Notes: generated from the sequence alone by a model not told the origin. A stretch of DNA of 64,000 nucleotides from Bacteroidota bacterium (GCA_024278075.1 JAJRTW010000129.1:7522-71521); one strand, 5' to 3'; positions 19,455 through 30,033 are shown, numbered from the stretch's first letter. Program-made: numbers and translations.

Positions 19455-19600
19455 TAACAACCCCCTTAATCCCCCTTTTTTAAGGGGGAATTCTACTGGC
19501 TATTCCCCCTTAAAAAAGGGGGAAGTGAGCGATGCGAGCAGGGGGTTGTCCTACAATATGCAAGGCATAAAAGAATAATAAATCTATTTCCTTGCACCTT
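19455..19600. repeat. C-rich palindromic repeat element, inverted copy of 2010-2176
   Basis: The reverse complement aligns with 2010-2176 (TTGCACC...GACAACCCCCTGCTCGC...CCCCCTTTTTTAAGGGGG...). Confidence 0.6.
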
Positions 19601-19685
19601 TATAGTTGAATATCTATTGTAACTACAATACCAATAAGTATTTAATACTTTTTAAGGAATATATAAATACGGAACCGAAATTCAA

Positions 19686-20312
19686 ATGCCGGAACATCAG
19701 GACTGGGGCTTAATAGATTATCGCAAAGCCTGGCAAAGGCAGAAGCAGCTTGTAGCGGAAATTCAGGGCGGCAGCCAAAAGAGCATACTGGTTCTGTGCG
19801 AGCACCCAACGGTAATTACCATAGGCAAAACAGGCACAAAGGACAATATATTGCAAACAAGTGATTATCTCGAATCGCTTGGCGTTAAGGTGGTAGAGAA
19901 TGACCGCGGCGGGGATGTTACACTTCACAATCCCGGGCAATTAGTCGGCTACCCGCTTTTTGATTTAAAGCATTACCGCAAGGATTTGCACTGGTTCTTG
20001 CGGGAGATTGAAGAGGTGATAATTGAATTATTGGCCCGCTATGGCATCGAATCCGGCAGGGTGGATGGCCTGACCGGCGTATGGATAGACAATCTGAGGA
20101 AGATATGCGCTATGGGGCTGCATTGCTCCAGGTGGGTGACTTCACACGGTTTTGCATTGAACGTAAATAATAATTTGGGAGAATTCTCCTATATTGTTCC
20201 ATGCGGAATTGATGACAAAGAAGTAACGTCAATGAGCAATGAACTTGGCATGAATGTTGCAATGATTGACGTGAAAGAAGATTGCAAAAAGTTCTTTGAT
20301 TCACATTTTTAA
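19686..20312 (+). CDS. lipB: Lipoyl(octanoyl) transferase
   Basis: DRGGDVTLHNPGQLVGYP, catalytic KICAMG and PCGI motifs. Confidence 0.85.
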   Translation: MPEHQDWGLIDYRKAWQRQKQLVAEIQGGSQKSILVLCEHPTVITIGKTGTKDNILQTSDYLESLGVKVVENDRGGDVTLHNPGQLVGYPLFDLKHYRKDLHWFLREIEEVIIELLARYGIESGRVDGLTGVWIDNLRKICAMGLHCSRWVTSHGFALNVNNNLGEFSYIVPCGIDDKEVTSMSNELGMNVAMIDVKEDCKKFFDSHF

Positions 20313-20384
20313 TTCCGCCATAAGAAATTTATTTGTTTATAAATCAAAAAACCCTTATTTTCGGAATACTAAAGAGTAAATCAA

Positions 20385-20456
20385 GCGGGAATAGCTCAGC
20401 GGTAGAGCACAACCTTGCCAAGGTTGGGGTCGCGAGTTCAATTCTCGTTTCCCGCT
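20385..20456 (+). tRNA. tRNA-Gly (anticodon GCC)
   Basis: 72-nt cloverleaf. Acceptor GCGGGAA/TTCCCGC, anticodon loop TTGCCAA, T arm GCGAG-TTCAATT-CTCGT. Confidence 0.85.
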
Positions 20457-20802
20457 CGACGGCGAAAGCCGTTACTTCCTCTTTATGCTGCATGCCTTGC
20501 TGTCAAGTCCCCCCGATGGCGAGGCATTTTTTTATACAATAAATTCGCCGGCTGTCGTCACAAAATTATAGAATGGAATTATTGGAATTGAGAATTATCT
20601 TGTAAATTGTAACTATTGCACTATATTTGTGTTTATAGTGAAAAGTAACCTAAGAATATCTTTAATAACAAATCACTGCCGATTATTGAAAAATTTGCTA
20701 CCGAGTTAACATCGAAAACATATTGCGACCTTGTTTTATGCCGTTCATATTCTAATCGGTGTGGCTTTTAATTGCTAATTTTTTTATATATCAGGTACAT
20801 AA

Positions 20803-23800
20803 ATGCTTTCTCTTTCTGTTTCTCCCATAGATAGTATTAGTCGCAATTGGCTGATACCCCTGGCCTTGATATTTGTGTTTATTGGCCTGCCGTCACCCAA
20901 TCTATCCGGCAAATCCAGCGATGGTATCGAAATCATTTCATCATCGGCTTCTTCATTAGTCATTTCATATACACCTAACCTGCGTTCTGTGGGCAATGTT
21001 TTCACCGAAAGCGACATCCGTACTCTTCGCCCGGAAATCGCAGGATCTCGAATTATCGACGCCAATCCGGGGGCGCCTGCAACTATTGCTGCTATCAGTA
21101 AGATCACGGTTCCGGGGCGTAATGGATTCCATTTGGCTGATGTAAGAATTGGAAACGTAAGGGAAATCCCGGGTAGAATGTTCCCATATCCGACGCTAAC
21201 GCTCGAAGGCGGACTGCCGGCAGAGAAGTATAAGATGAATTATAATTCCTATAGAAATTATAATATGCCTGTTTGGGTTGAGCTTAATTATTCCGGGATT
21301 GCCCGCGACAGGCATGTGGCAGAATTGAAAATAGTTGCCGCAAGATATAACCCATCGGCCAATATGATTGAAGTGCCGGAGAGAATTCTAATTACAATAA
21401 ATTTTGATGATGAATTAATTGATTATAAATCCGCACCGACAAAAGCTAATTTCGACCCCCAATTCTCGCTGAACCACTTTCAATCTAAAGATTGGCGTAT
21501 TAATATTATTGATTCTGATGATGATATTAAATCAAATAACACAGATAAGATGAAATCCAACTCTATACAGTCCGAGAATGAAGAAATCAGCTCGGGCAAT
21601 TGGGTGAAAATAAGAATCCCGGCCGAAGGCATTTACAAAATCGATAGGAATATGCTATCCGGCCTCGGGTTTAATTTGTCATCGGCCGATGCCGCTACTT
21701 TGAAAATATTCGGAAACGGCGGCAAAGAGCTTAGCGAATTTGTTCCCGATGCGGTTAACAACGAAATGAACCAGCAGCCTGTTTTGGTTAGGACAAGCGG
21801 CAATGGCAGCTTTGCCTCGGTGATATTTTATGCCGCTCCGGCCAATGGTTTTGAATATATCGACGGTGAGTTCTCGCATTATATAAATCACTACAGCGTA
21901 GATAATTATTATCTGCTGACCTGGGGAGGCTCCGCCGGATTGCGTGCTGACGGGCTTGAAACTCCCACAGGGCAACCGGATTTTGAACCTGATACTTATT
22001 ACGAAAGATTATTTTATGAAGAAGAATTATACAGCCCCTATAAAGCAGGCTCCGGCCGGCAATTCTTCGGAAGAACTTATTTTAGCTTAACAGACGAGTT
22101 CATTAGGATGTTGCATAATCTTGACAAAAGCGGCACCATTAAATTCAGGTTCTCCGTGGCGCATAGATCCGACTATACCGGCCAGTTCACCGTTAGCCAA
22201 AGCAATAATACGATAACAACAATTCCGATGAAACCATCATCAAGCTTATATCAGGAGGCTTATAGAAATGAAGTGTTTGTTGATTATCCGGCGGCGCAAA
22301 TTCCATCTGATAACAGAATCGGCCTAAGATTTAATTACACGAATTCCAACGGACAGGCAAGCGCTACGGCATTCTTCGATTATTACGAAATTCACTACCC
22401 GCGATCATTTTTGCCAATTGCAAACCAGATAGGTTTTTATACCGACACCTCGTATAGGGGCATTGTTCAGTACAGGATAAATGAATTCTCCGGCCCTGAA
22501 ATAATCGGTTTTGAGGTGACCAACCCCGGGCAGCCTAAAGTGCTGGCCAATACCGACAATTCTATTAAGAGTTTGTTCGTATTTAAGACTGCCGTTGAGG
22601 ATTCCCCTAAGAAATTCTTCATTTCATCACAATTCAAAACACCATCAATTAAAACAACTGAGTTTGCCAACCTGCGTTCCGAACAATCGGGGGCGAATGT
22701 GGTGGTCATATCGCCCAAGGCTTTCATCGAATCTGCAATTAGTTTTAAGAATTACAGGGAATCGTCCGGTGAATTAACGGTTAAAGTTGTTAACGTAGGC
22801 CATATATATAATGAGTTTGGCAGCGGCGTTCAAGACGTTACGGCCATAAGGGATTTCTTGGCCTATGCTTATTCGAATTGGGAAACAAAGCCTGAATACG
22901 TTGTTCTTTGGGGCGACTGGCATTATGACTATAAGAACGTGCAAACGGAAAAACCGAATTTCATACCGCCGTATGAATCATTGGACGATACCAACATGTT
23001 CGATGCGATTCATACAACCACAACCGACGATTACTATGCGAGAATAGTAGGCAACGATATGGAAATCGACCTTGCAATAGGCAGGATAACGGTGGACTCA
23101 CCCCGAATGGGCCATTGGATGGTTGATAAAATAAAAAATTATGAAAAAAGCTCGGGTACGGACTCGTGGAGAACTACTGTGACGCTTGTAGCCGACGACG
23201 GGCCGGCCGGGAGAGATGAAAATGACGGGGCAAGGCACACTGTGCAGTCAGAAACCCTGGCAAAATACTATATCCCCGGGGATATGCAGATTAAGAAAAT
23301 ATATCTGGTTGACTACCCGACGGATTATCTTCCCAACGGAAGAAGAAAACCCGGCGCTACTGCCGATATGCTGACAACAATAACCACTACCGGCACATTA
23401 ATGCTCAACTGGCTTGGGCACGGCAATCCTCAGGTATGGGCCCACGAATCGGTTTACGACAGGGAACTCACAACACCTCTTATGACGAATATGAATAAGT
23501 TGTTTTTTGTCACTGCCGCAACTTGTGATTTTGGCAGATTCGACAAAACCGATGTGAGAAGTGGCGCCGAAGAAATGTTACTAAGTGATGTTGGCGGAGC
23601 CATAGGTGTATTCTCTGCAACGAGAGTTGTCTACTCTCAGCAAAATGCTGACATCAATAACTATTTCTACAATAATGTTTTCACAAGGAACGAGCTGACT
23701 GGCCAGCACCCCCGCCTTGGTGAAATAATGTACACGGTGAAGCAGAAATATAATAGCCAAAATGATCAGAAATTCTTTCTATTGGGCGACCCAACGATGA

Positions 23801-24891
23801 GACTGCTGATACCAAACCTCCAGGTAAAAATTAATTCTATCAACGGCATAACAATTACCGATAGTACGGAGATTCAATTGAAAGGCCTGTCGCGGGTTCG
23901 GATTTCCGGTTCGGTAATCAATGCTGCCAACAATGAAATTAATACTTCATTTAATGGCACGGCAATTGTTTCCATGCTCGACGGCGATGAAAATATTCAT
24001 ATTGTAGATATAGATGGCTATAACTTTAATTTTGTGAAATACGGCGGAGCTTTGAACAGAAGCGCCTATGAAGTGACAGCGGGCGAGTTTGAAGCAAGTT
24101 TTGTTATCCCGAAGGATATAAGCTACAGCGAGAGCAAAGGCCGGCTTTATACGTATGCGTTTACCGAGGACAATAGATTTGCAAAGGGTGTATCGAGGAA
24201 TTTCAGAATTGAAGGCCTGGATACCAGTGCTTTGGATGACAACACCGGGCCGGTGATTTCCGCTTTTATTGATTCAAGAAAATTTCAAAATGGCGGCATT
24301 GTCAGGCTCAACCCACTATTAATAGTCGATCTGTTCGATTCCACCGGCATTAATTCTACGGGGATTGGCATAGGCCATAATATTGAAGTATGGATAGACG
24401 ACAACCCAAAGCCTATTGATTTAACCGATAAGTTCTTCACTTCATTGCAGGACAATCGCTATGGCACCGTCCAGGATATATTATATGAATTGAAGCCGGG
24501 CAATCATAAAGCCTTAATTCGGGCTTGGGATGTTTCAAATAATTATACTACCGCAGAGATTAGTTTTAGAATCGTATCGTCGGAAGAGTCTATTCACCTG
24601 AGCGAATTGCTGAGCATTCCAAATCCGTTTATTGACAAGACAACAATTTCGTTCAGGCATAATATTGCTCCCCCATTCAATGCGGAACTAAATATTTTCT
24701 CGCAAAACGGACAATTATTGAGAACAATCAAAGAAAGAATAAATACACCGCTTTATGCGGAGATCCCCTGGGACGGATTGGACAATAGCGGATTGCCGGT
24801 TCCCATTGGTGCGTATGTTTATTCGATATTGGCCGATACAAGATTCGGCAACGAAGTGATGATTGGCTCTGCGGGCATTAAGATGAAATGA
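20803..24891 (+). CDS. porU: PorU-like T9SS C-terminal signal peptidase (peptidase C25, gingipain family) carrying its own CTD
   Basis: C25 catalytic dyad context LNWLGHGNPQVWAHE (His) and FFVTAATCDFGRF (Cys). C-terminal IPNPFIDKTTISFRH... sorting domain. Lies immediately upstream of a PorV homologue, as in Porphyromonas and Flavobacterium. Confidence 0.65.
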   Translation: MLSLSVSPIDSISRNWLIPLALIFVFIGLPSPNLSGKSSDGIEIISSSASSLVISYTPNLRSVGNVFTESDIRTLRPEIAGSRIIDANPGAPATIAAISKITVPGRNGFHLADVRIGNVREIPGRMFPYPTLTLEGGLPAEKYKMNYNSYRNYNMPVWVELNYSGIARDRHVAELKIVAARYNPSANMIEVPERILITINFDDELIDYKSAPTKANFDPQFSLNHFQSKDWRINIIDSDDDIKSNNTDKMKSNSIQSENEEISSGNWVKIRIPAEGIYKIDRNMLSGLGFNLSSADAATLKIFGNGGKELSEFVPDAVNNEMNQQPVLVRTSGNGSFASVIFYAAPANGFEYIDGEFSHYINHYSVDNYYLLTWGGSAGLRADGLETPTGQPDFEPDTYYERLFYEEELYSPYKAGSGRQFFGRTYFSLTDEFIRMLHNLDKSGTIKFRFSVAHRSDYTGQFTVSQSNNTITTIPMKPSSSLYQEAYRNEVFVDYPAAQIPSDNRIGLRFNYTNSNGQASATAFFDYYEIHYPRSFLPIANQIGFYTDTSYRGIVQYRINEFSGPEIIGFEVTNPGQPKVLANTDNSIKSLFVFKTAVEDSPKKFFISSQFKTPSIKTTEFANLRSEQSGANVVVISPKAFIESAISFKNYRESSGELTVKVVNVGHIYNEFGSGVQDVTAIRDFLAYAYSNWETKPEYVVLWGDWHYDYKNVQTEKPNFIPPYESLDDTNMFDAIHTTTTDDYYARIVGNDMEIDLAIGRITVDSPRMGHWMVDKIKNYEKSSGTDSWRTTVTLVADDGPAGRDENDGARHTVQSETLAKYYIPGDMQIKKIYLVDYPTDYLPNGRRKPGATADMLTTITTTGTLMLNWLGHGNPQVWAHESVYDRELTTPLMTNMNKLFFVTAATCDFGRFDKTDVRSGAEEMLLSDVGGAIGVFSATRVVYSQQNADINNYFYNNVFTRNELTGQHPRLGEIMYTVKQKYNSQNDQKFFLLGDPTMRLLIPNLQVKINSINGITITDSTEIQLKGLSRVRISGSVINAANNEINTSFNGTAIVSMLDGDENIHIVDIDGYNFNFVKYGGALNRSAYEVTAGEFEASFVIPKDISYSESKGRLYTYAFTEDNRFAKGVSRNFRIEGLDTSALDDNTGPVISAFIDSRKFQNGGIVRLNPLLIVDLFDSTGINSTGIGIGHNIEVWIDDNPKPIDLTDKFFTSLQDNRYGTVQDILYELKPGNHKALIRAWDVSNNYTTAEISFRIVSSEESIHLSELLSIPNPFIDKTTISFRHNIAPPFNAELNIFSQNGQLLRTIKERINTPLYAEIPWDGLDNSGLPVPIGAYVYSILADTRFGNEVMIGSAGIKMK

Positions 24892-24952
24892 TCGAAATAA
24901 TTGTTGAGCCAAGTGGTTAATAAATAATGTTATTGATGAATAATAGTTTTAG

Positions 24953-25086
24953 TGAATAATAGAATTAAAGAAAATAATAGAATTAAAGAAAATAATAGAA
25001 TTAAAGAAAATAATAGAATTAAAGAAAATAATAGAATTAAAGAAAATAATAGAATTAAAGAAAATAATAGAATTAAAGAAAATAAT
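24953..25086. repeat. 18-bp tandem repeat AGAATTAAAGAAAATAAT x ~7.5 in the porU-porV spacer
   Basis: Perfect head-to-tail copies. It generates the spurious LILLFS-repeat ORF on the opposite strand. Confidence 0.8.
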
Positions 25087-25372
25087 AATAAATAATAATA
25101 AAGATAAGAGTGCATAGGCTGGTGGAAATGAACAAGAACTGAGTATCGGGTTTTTGCCATCACCGCCGAATTAAAGTGCGGCCCGGCTAATGCCTGCATT
25201 TTCATTCAATATATAATTCCATTTAAACTTTGCATGGCTATCAGCCGCAGCATGTGAAAATGGTCGAAAATTTATTTAAATTATTTGGTGATTAGAAAAG
25301 TTTATTAGCAATTGAAAAAATATTAGAAATATAAATTCGTAATAATATAAATGTTATAATAAGGAATGAATT

Positions 25373-26500
25373 ATGTTTATGAGGAAGCTAACGATGAAAA
25401 TGATATTAAAGGTGTGCCCGGCAATTGTGATAATTGCATTGTTGCTGCCATGCAATAATCTCTTTGGCCAGGCCGGAGGCTCTGCAGTGCCGTTCATATC
25501 GATTTCGCCGGACGCCAGGGCCAGTGGAATGGGCGAGGTAGGCACAGCCATAGCCGATGATATAAATGCCATATATTGGAATCCCGGTGGATTGGCGTTT
25601 TTGGATTATTTTGATTACGGCGATGATTTTGACATGGATGAAGAATTAATACCGTATCGTCAGGTTGCTTTATCTTACTCGCTTTGGCTGCCACAGTTTA
25701 ATGCCGACCTGTTTTACAGCTATCTAACAGTTGGCCAGTATTTTGAAGATTTAGACGGCACGGTTGCCTTCAACTTTATCTTTATGAATCTTGGCGAGTT
25801 TACTAAGACAAGCGCACAGGGCACAGTATTGGGGAAGTTCATGTCCAATGAATTCGCCGCGGGGTTGTCTTATGGCACTATTATCGCTCCGGATTTGGGG
25901 GTTGGCTTTCAATTAAAATATATTCAGTCTAATTTGACACCAACATCAGTGCAGGGCCAGGATGCAGGCACCGGCATTAGTGCTGCTTTCGATATTGGAG
26001 TGCTGTGGAAACCGCAGAGCCTGGATTTTCTTGATATTGAAGACCGGTTGGCGCTGGGATTGAACCTTCAGAATATTGGCCCGAAGATGACCTATATAAA
26101 AGAATCCGACCCATTGCCCTCCACTCTCCGCATGGGCATTGCTTTTGATGTGGTTAAGGATGAATTCAATGAGCTCACATTTGCTTTTGATTTTGCTAAA
26201 TTATTAGTTAAACGCGATTCATTGGGATCTGACCCTTTGCCGAAATCGCTTGTTTCCTCATGGGAAAACCGGGGGGCGGAATTGTCTTTCGGGATGGAAT
26301 ACTGGTACGAACACGTAGTTGCTTTAAGAGCAGGATATTTCACGGAACCGGCGGTGCTGGGCAATAGGAAATATTATAATTTCGGGGCCGGAGTGCGCTA
26401 TGATATATTCAGATTAGACTTTAGCTTTATCAATACAATAGAAGAAAATCACCCGCTGGCAAATACTATGCGATTCTCGATGCTGATTGATTGGGAATAG
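25373..26500 (+). CDS. porV: PorV/LptO-family T9SS outer-membrane shuttle protein
   Basis: N-terminal signature AVPFISISPDARASGMGEVGTAIADDINAIYWNPGGLAF is typical of PorV. About 375 aa, beta-barrel-like, and adjacent to the porU homologue. Confidence 0.7.
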   Translation: MFMRKLTMKMILKVCPAIVIIALLLPCNNLFGQAGGSAVPFISISPDARASGMGEVGTAIADDINAIYWNPGGLAFLDYFDYGDDFDMDEELIPYRQVALSYSLWLPQFNADLFYSYLTVGQYFEDLDGTVAFNFIFMNLGEFTKTSAQGTVLGKFMSNEFAAGLSYGTIIAPDLGVGFQLKYIQSNLTPTSVQGQDAGTGISAAFDIGVLWKPQSLDFLDIEDRLALGLNLQNIGPKMTYIKESDPLPSTLRMGIAFDVVKDEFNELTFAFDFAKLLVKRDSLGSDPLPKSLVSSWENRGAELSFGMEYWYEHVVALRAGYFTEPAVLGNRKYYNFGAGVRYDIFRLDFSFINTIEENHPLANTMRFSMLIDWE

Positions 26501-26525
26501 TTAGATGATTACTAAATTCAGAAAA

Positions 26526-26547
26526 GCCGGTCCGACCGGCTTTTTTT
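26526..26547 (+). terminator. Rho-independent terminator after porV (GCCGG-TCCGA-CCGGC followed by T7)
   Basis: GC-rich 5-bp stem, 5-nt loop, then TTTTTTT. Confidence 0.65.
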
Positions 26548-26667
26548 GTTGGGATATAAACTCGTCATCTGTTTAATATTGAATAGCTTAGCCCGCCAAC
26601 CCATAGGCTGGTGAAGCTAAATATTGTTTGGATATTCAAATAAACAGTCATAACTTTGTAATTCAAA

Positions 26668-26738
26668 GGTGCTATAGCCAAGTGGTTAGGCAACGGTCTG
26701 CAAAACCGTGAACGCCGGTTCGAATCCGGCTGGCACCT
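26668..26738 (+). tRNA. tRNA-Cys (anticodon GCA)
   Basis: 71-nt cloverleaf. Acceptor GGTGCTA/TGGCACC, anticodon loop CTGCAAA, T arm GCCGG-TTCGAAT-CCGGC. Confidence 0.85.
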
Positions 26739-26862
26739 CGATTTATTAATATAAATGAACTACTCCGCCGCAAGCAGCGGGGTATCGATTTAGATTGTAG
26801 TTTTTAAAAGCGTGGCAAGCCACGGAGAATTAAACCCACGAGTGGGATTAACTAAGGGAATA

Positions 26863-27426
26863 ATGGCAAAAACACAAGATCTAAAGAACGGGTCTATCAT
26901 CAAATTCAATGGCGATAACTGTGTTATCATCTCGAATGCTCATATCAAACCAGGCAAAGGCCCGGCGTATATTCAGGTTAAAATGCGGAACCTCCGCAGT
27001 GGCAAACATTATGAACACCGGTTTAATACTGGTGCTACCATCGAATTAGTGCGTGTGGAAAGGCACGCCTACCAGTATTTATACAGAGACGGCACCAGCC
27101 TGATTTTTATGAATAAATCGAATTATGACCAAATCCCGGTTGATAAGGATGCGATTACGGGCAATATCGGATTTATGAAAGAAAATGAAGATGTCCAGAT
27201 TGCCTTCGAGGGCGATATCGTTCTTAGTGTAGACCTGCCCCAGCATGTTAACATAAGAATAACCCAAACCGATCCGGGGTATAAGGGTGACACCGCCACC
27301 AACGTATTGAAAGCCGCAACTCTTGAGACCGGTGCGGTTGTGCAGGTGCCGCTGTTTATTAACGAAGGTGATATGATAAGAATTGACACTAAAACCGGCG
27401 GGTATATTGAAAGGATCAAAGGATGA
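26863..27426 (+). CDS. efp: Elongation factor P
   Basis: MAKTQDLKNGSIIKF...KPGKGPAYIQVKMRNLRSG. Start moved to the conserved MAKT, 17 codons into the six-frame ORF. Confidence 0.9.
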   Translation: MAKTQDLKNGSIIKFNGDNCVIISNAHIKPGKGPAYIQVKMRNLRSGKHYEHRFNTGATIELVRVERHAYQYLYRDGTSLIFMNKSNYDQIPVDKDAITGNIGFMKENEDVQIAFEGDIVLSVDLPQHVNIRITQTDPGYKGDTATNVLKAATLETGAVVQVPLFINEGDMIRIDTKTGGYIERIKG

Positions 27427-27524
27427 TCTTTGCATAATCGCTCAAAGCCAATACGCGTATCGGCATTTATTTATTTGCATATTTATTTATTTGCATATTT
27501 ATTAATTAAGGTTTCGAGGAAGAA

Positions 27525-28043
27525 ATGGATCTCAATTATCTGAAAAAAATTATAAAAATCTTTGATGACAGCACGGCTACGAATCTTGAAATCAAAGAAG
27601 AAGGTGTTAATATCAAGATTTCGAATGCTCAGCCGGCCAATACTAGCGGGCAGGTGCCTTATCCCTTTTTCCCGATGCAAACCGCAGCTGCTCCGGTTCA
27701 GGGTAATCAAATTCAGCAATCGGCTCCGGAAACCTCTGCGCCGGTTCGGGATATGGTTAGTTCTGATGTTCAATCAGGAACCTCGGCACCTGATGCAGGG
27801 AATTATTACGAAATGAATTCGCCGATTGTTGGCACTTTCTATCGCTCGCCATCGCCGGATACCGATCCCTTCGTTGAAGTCGGGACGAAGATCAAGTCAG
27901 GGGATACTCTCTGCATCGTCGAAGCCATGAAACTTATGAACGAAATCGAAAGCGATATATCCGGTAATATTGAAAAAATATTAATTGAGAATGGACAGCC
28001 GGTTGAATATAATCAACCGCTATTCATTATCAAACCTGAATAG
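27525..28043 (+). CDS. accB: Acetyl-CoA carboxylase biotin carboxyl carrier protein
   Basis: Biotinyl-lysine motif [10 protein letters not shown] and a Pro/Ala-rich linker. Confidence 0.85.
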   Translation: MDLNYLKKIIKIFDDSTATNLEIKEEGVNIKISNAQPANTSGQVPYPFFPMQTAAAPVQGNQIQQSAPETSAPVRDMVSSDVQSGTSAPDAGNYYEMNSPIVGTFYRSPSPDTDPFVEVGTKIKSGDTLCIVEAMKLMNEIESDISGNIEKILIENGQPVEYNQPLFIIKPE

Positions 28044-28169
28044 GTTGCACCTGAATAGGTTGCACCTGAATAGGTTGCACCTGAATAGGTTGCACCTGAA
28101 TAGGTTGCACCTGAATGGGTTGCACCTGAATGGGTTGCACCTGAATAGGTTGCACCTGAATGGGCGGCA
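28035..28169. repeat. 15-bp tandem repeat CCTGAATAGGTTGCA x9, whose first unit is the last three codons plus stop of accB
   Basis: accB ends ...AAA CCT GAA TAG. The unit is then reiterated 9 times, with two ATGGG variants, up to 65 bp before accC. Confidence 0.8.
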
Positions 28170-28233
28170 TTAGATTAATCGCTGCACCAGAATAGAATAT
28201 ATCAGAATAATCCTTAATAAATAAGAATAATAA

Positions 28234-29577
28234 ATGATAAAGAAAGTATTAATTGCGAACCGAGGCGAAATAGCCTTACGTATCATTCGTGCCTGCCATG
28301 AATTAGGGCTGCGAACCGTTGCCGTATATTCGGAAGCTGACAAGAGATCGCTCCATGTAAGATTTGCAAATGAAGCCGTTTGCATCGGCCCGGCTTCGAG
28401 CCTCGACAGTTATTTGAAAATAACATCAATCATATCTGCGGCCGAACTTACCAACGCCGATGCTATCCATCCCGGCTATGGCTTTTTGGCAGAGAATGCG
28501 GATTTTGTGAAGATTTGCCAGGATCACGACCTTACTTTTATTGGCCCATCGGCAAATGCCATCAGGAATATGGGGCATAAATCCAAGGCGAAAGAGACTA
28601 TGCGGCGGGCAGGTGTGCCGGTGGTGCCGGGCAGCGACGGGATTGTCAATTCAATTCCCGAAGCCAGCAAAATAGCCGCCGAAATTGGCTATCCGGTGAT
28701 GCTGAAAGCTGTTGCAGGCGGTGGTGGCAAGGGTATGAGGCTCGTTGACGAACCATCCGGGCTCGAGAAAGCCTTTCTGCTTGCAAGCAATGAAGCCGAA
28801 ACCTTTTTTAATAATCCTGACCTCTACTTAGAAAAACTCGTGGTAGGCTCACGGCACATTGAAGTGCAGGTGATTGGTGATAAATTCGGCAATATTATTC
28901 ACCTGAACGAAAGGGAATGCTCTATTCAGCGCCGCCATCAAAAATTAATTGAAGAAGCTCCTTCGCCGGTTGTATCTGAAAAGCTGAGGGCAACGATGGG
29001 CGAAGCTTCCGTCCTGGGGGCCAAAGCTGTAGATTATGTGGGGCCGGGGACAATCGAGTATCTTGTTGATGATAAAATGAATTTCTTCTTTATGGAGATG
29101 AACACTCGCATCCAGGTGGAGCATCCCGTTACCGAGCAGTCGCTTGGCATTGACTTGATTAAAGAGCAAATCAGGGTGGCTTCCGGCGAGAGGCTGTCCC
29201 TAACCGTTTCTCCTCCGCTAATGCACTCGATTGAATGCAGGATTAATGCCGAGGACCCCGAGCATGGTTTCAGGCCGTCCCCCGGCAAAATCGAAAGCCT
29301 GCATTTCCCGGGCGGCAACGGCATTCGGCTGGATACTCATATTTACCAAAGTTATGAAATACCGCCATTCTATGATTCGCTGGTGGCTAAACTTATTTCT
29401 TATGCTCAAACACGGCTGGAGGCTATCGAGAAAATGAGGAATGCACTGGATGAGTTTGTTATCGAGGGCATTAAAACGACTATTCCGTTCCATCAGAAAA
29501 TGATGAGGAACAAAGACTTTATTGATGGCAATATTGATACGAAATATTTGGAAAGAAATGATTGGAAGAATATGTAG
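28234..29577 (+). CDS. accC: Acetyl-CoA carboxylase biotin carboxylase subunit
   Basis: [24 protein letters not shown]-grasp motifs and [14 protein letters not shown]. Confidence 0.95.
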   Translation: MIKKVLIANRGEIALRIIRACHELGLRTVAVYSEADKRSLHVRFANEAVCIGPASSLDSYLKITSIISAAELTNADAIHPGYGFLAENADFVKICQDHDLTFIGPSANAIRNMGHKSKAKETMRRAGVPVVPGSDGIVNSIPEASKIAAEIGYPVMLKAVAGGGGKGMRLVDEPSGLEKAFLLASNEAETFFNNPDLYLEKLVVGSRHIEVQVIGDKFGNIIHLNERECSIQRRHQKLIEEAPSPVVSEKLRATMGEASVLGAKAVDYVGPGTIEYLVDDKMNFFFMEMNTRIQVEHPVTEQSLGIDLIKEQIRVASGERLSLTVSPPLMHSIECRINAEDPEHGFRPSPGKIESLHFPGGNGIRLDTHIYQSYEIPPFYDSLVAKLISYAQTRLEAIEKMRNALDEFVIEGIKTTIPFHQKMMRNKDFIDGNIDTKYLERNDWKNM

Positions 29578-29692
29578 GCATTTTTAGGAATTTAGGGAAT
29601 TAGGAGTATAATTATCCACGAACTAAAGCACGTGGCAATTGAATAACTAATAATAGCATGGCTAAATATATTACCTTTTCATAGGGATGCAA

Positions 29693-29985
29693 ACTAGTGT
29701 CGTGTCATGCATACTTTGACGAATTATTTGTTGGCTGTCATTGCGGAACTTGTTTCCAAATCCAGTATTCACGGCCTATTTGGCTATATTAAGATGGATT
29801 CCGGATCAAGTCCGGAATGACATAGTACAGTTGACATATCACTAGTGTCGTGTCATGCATACTTTGACGAATTATTTGTTGGCTGTCATTGCGGAACTTG
29901 TTTCCAAATCCAGTATTCACGGCCTATTTGGCTATATTAAGATGGATTTCGGATCAAGTCCGGAATGACATAGTACAGCTGACAC
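29693..29985. mobile_element. Two tandem 148-bp copies of a MITE-like module (…GGATTCCGGATCAAGTCCGGAATGACATAGTACAGTTGACA…)
   Basis: Copy 2 (29841-29985) repeats copy 1 with about 3 substitutions. Preceded by a CCACGAACTAAAGCACGTGG mini-palindrome that also occurs at 11963 and 60957. Confidence 0.6.
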
Positions 29986-30033
29986 ATCACTATAATCGAA
30001 TAAACGCTTTTGTAATAATCGGTGCTACTGATA

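Noticed and set aside
20333-20542. 69-aa ORF
   Set aside because: It overlaps tRNA-Gly(GCC) on the same strand.
24930-25205. 91-aa ORF with (LILLFS)x8
   Set aside because: It is a translation of the 18-bp tandem repeat in the porU-porV spacer. It is low-complexity with no start context.
27985-28173. 62-aa ORF with (LNRLH)x9
   Set aside because: It is an out-of-frame read-through of the 15-bp repeat that follows accB. It begins inside accB and has no independent support.
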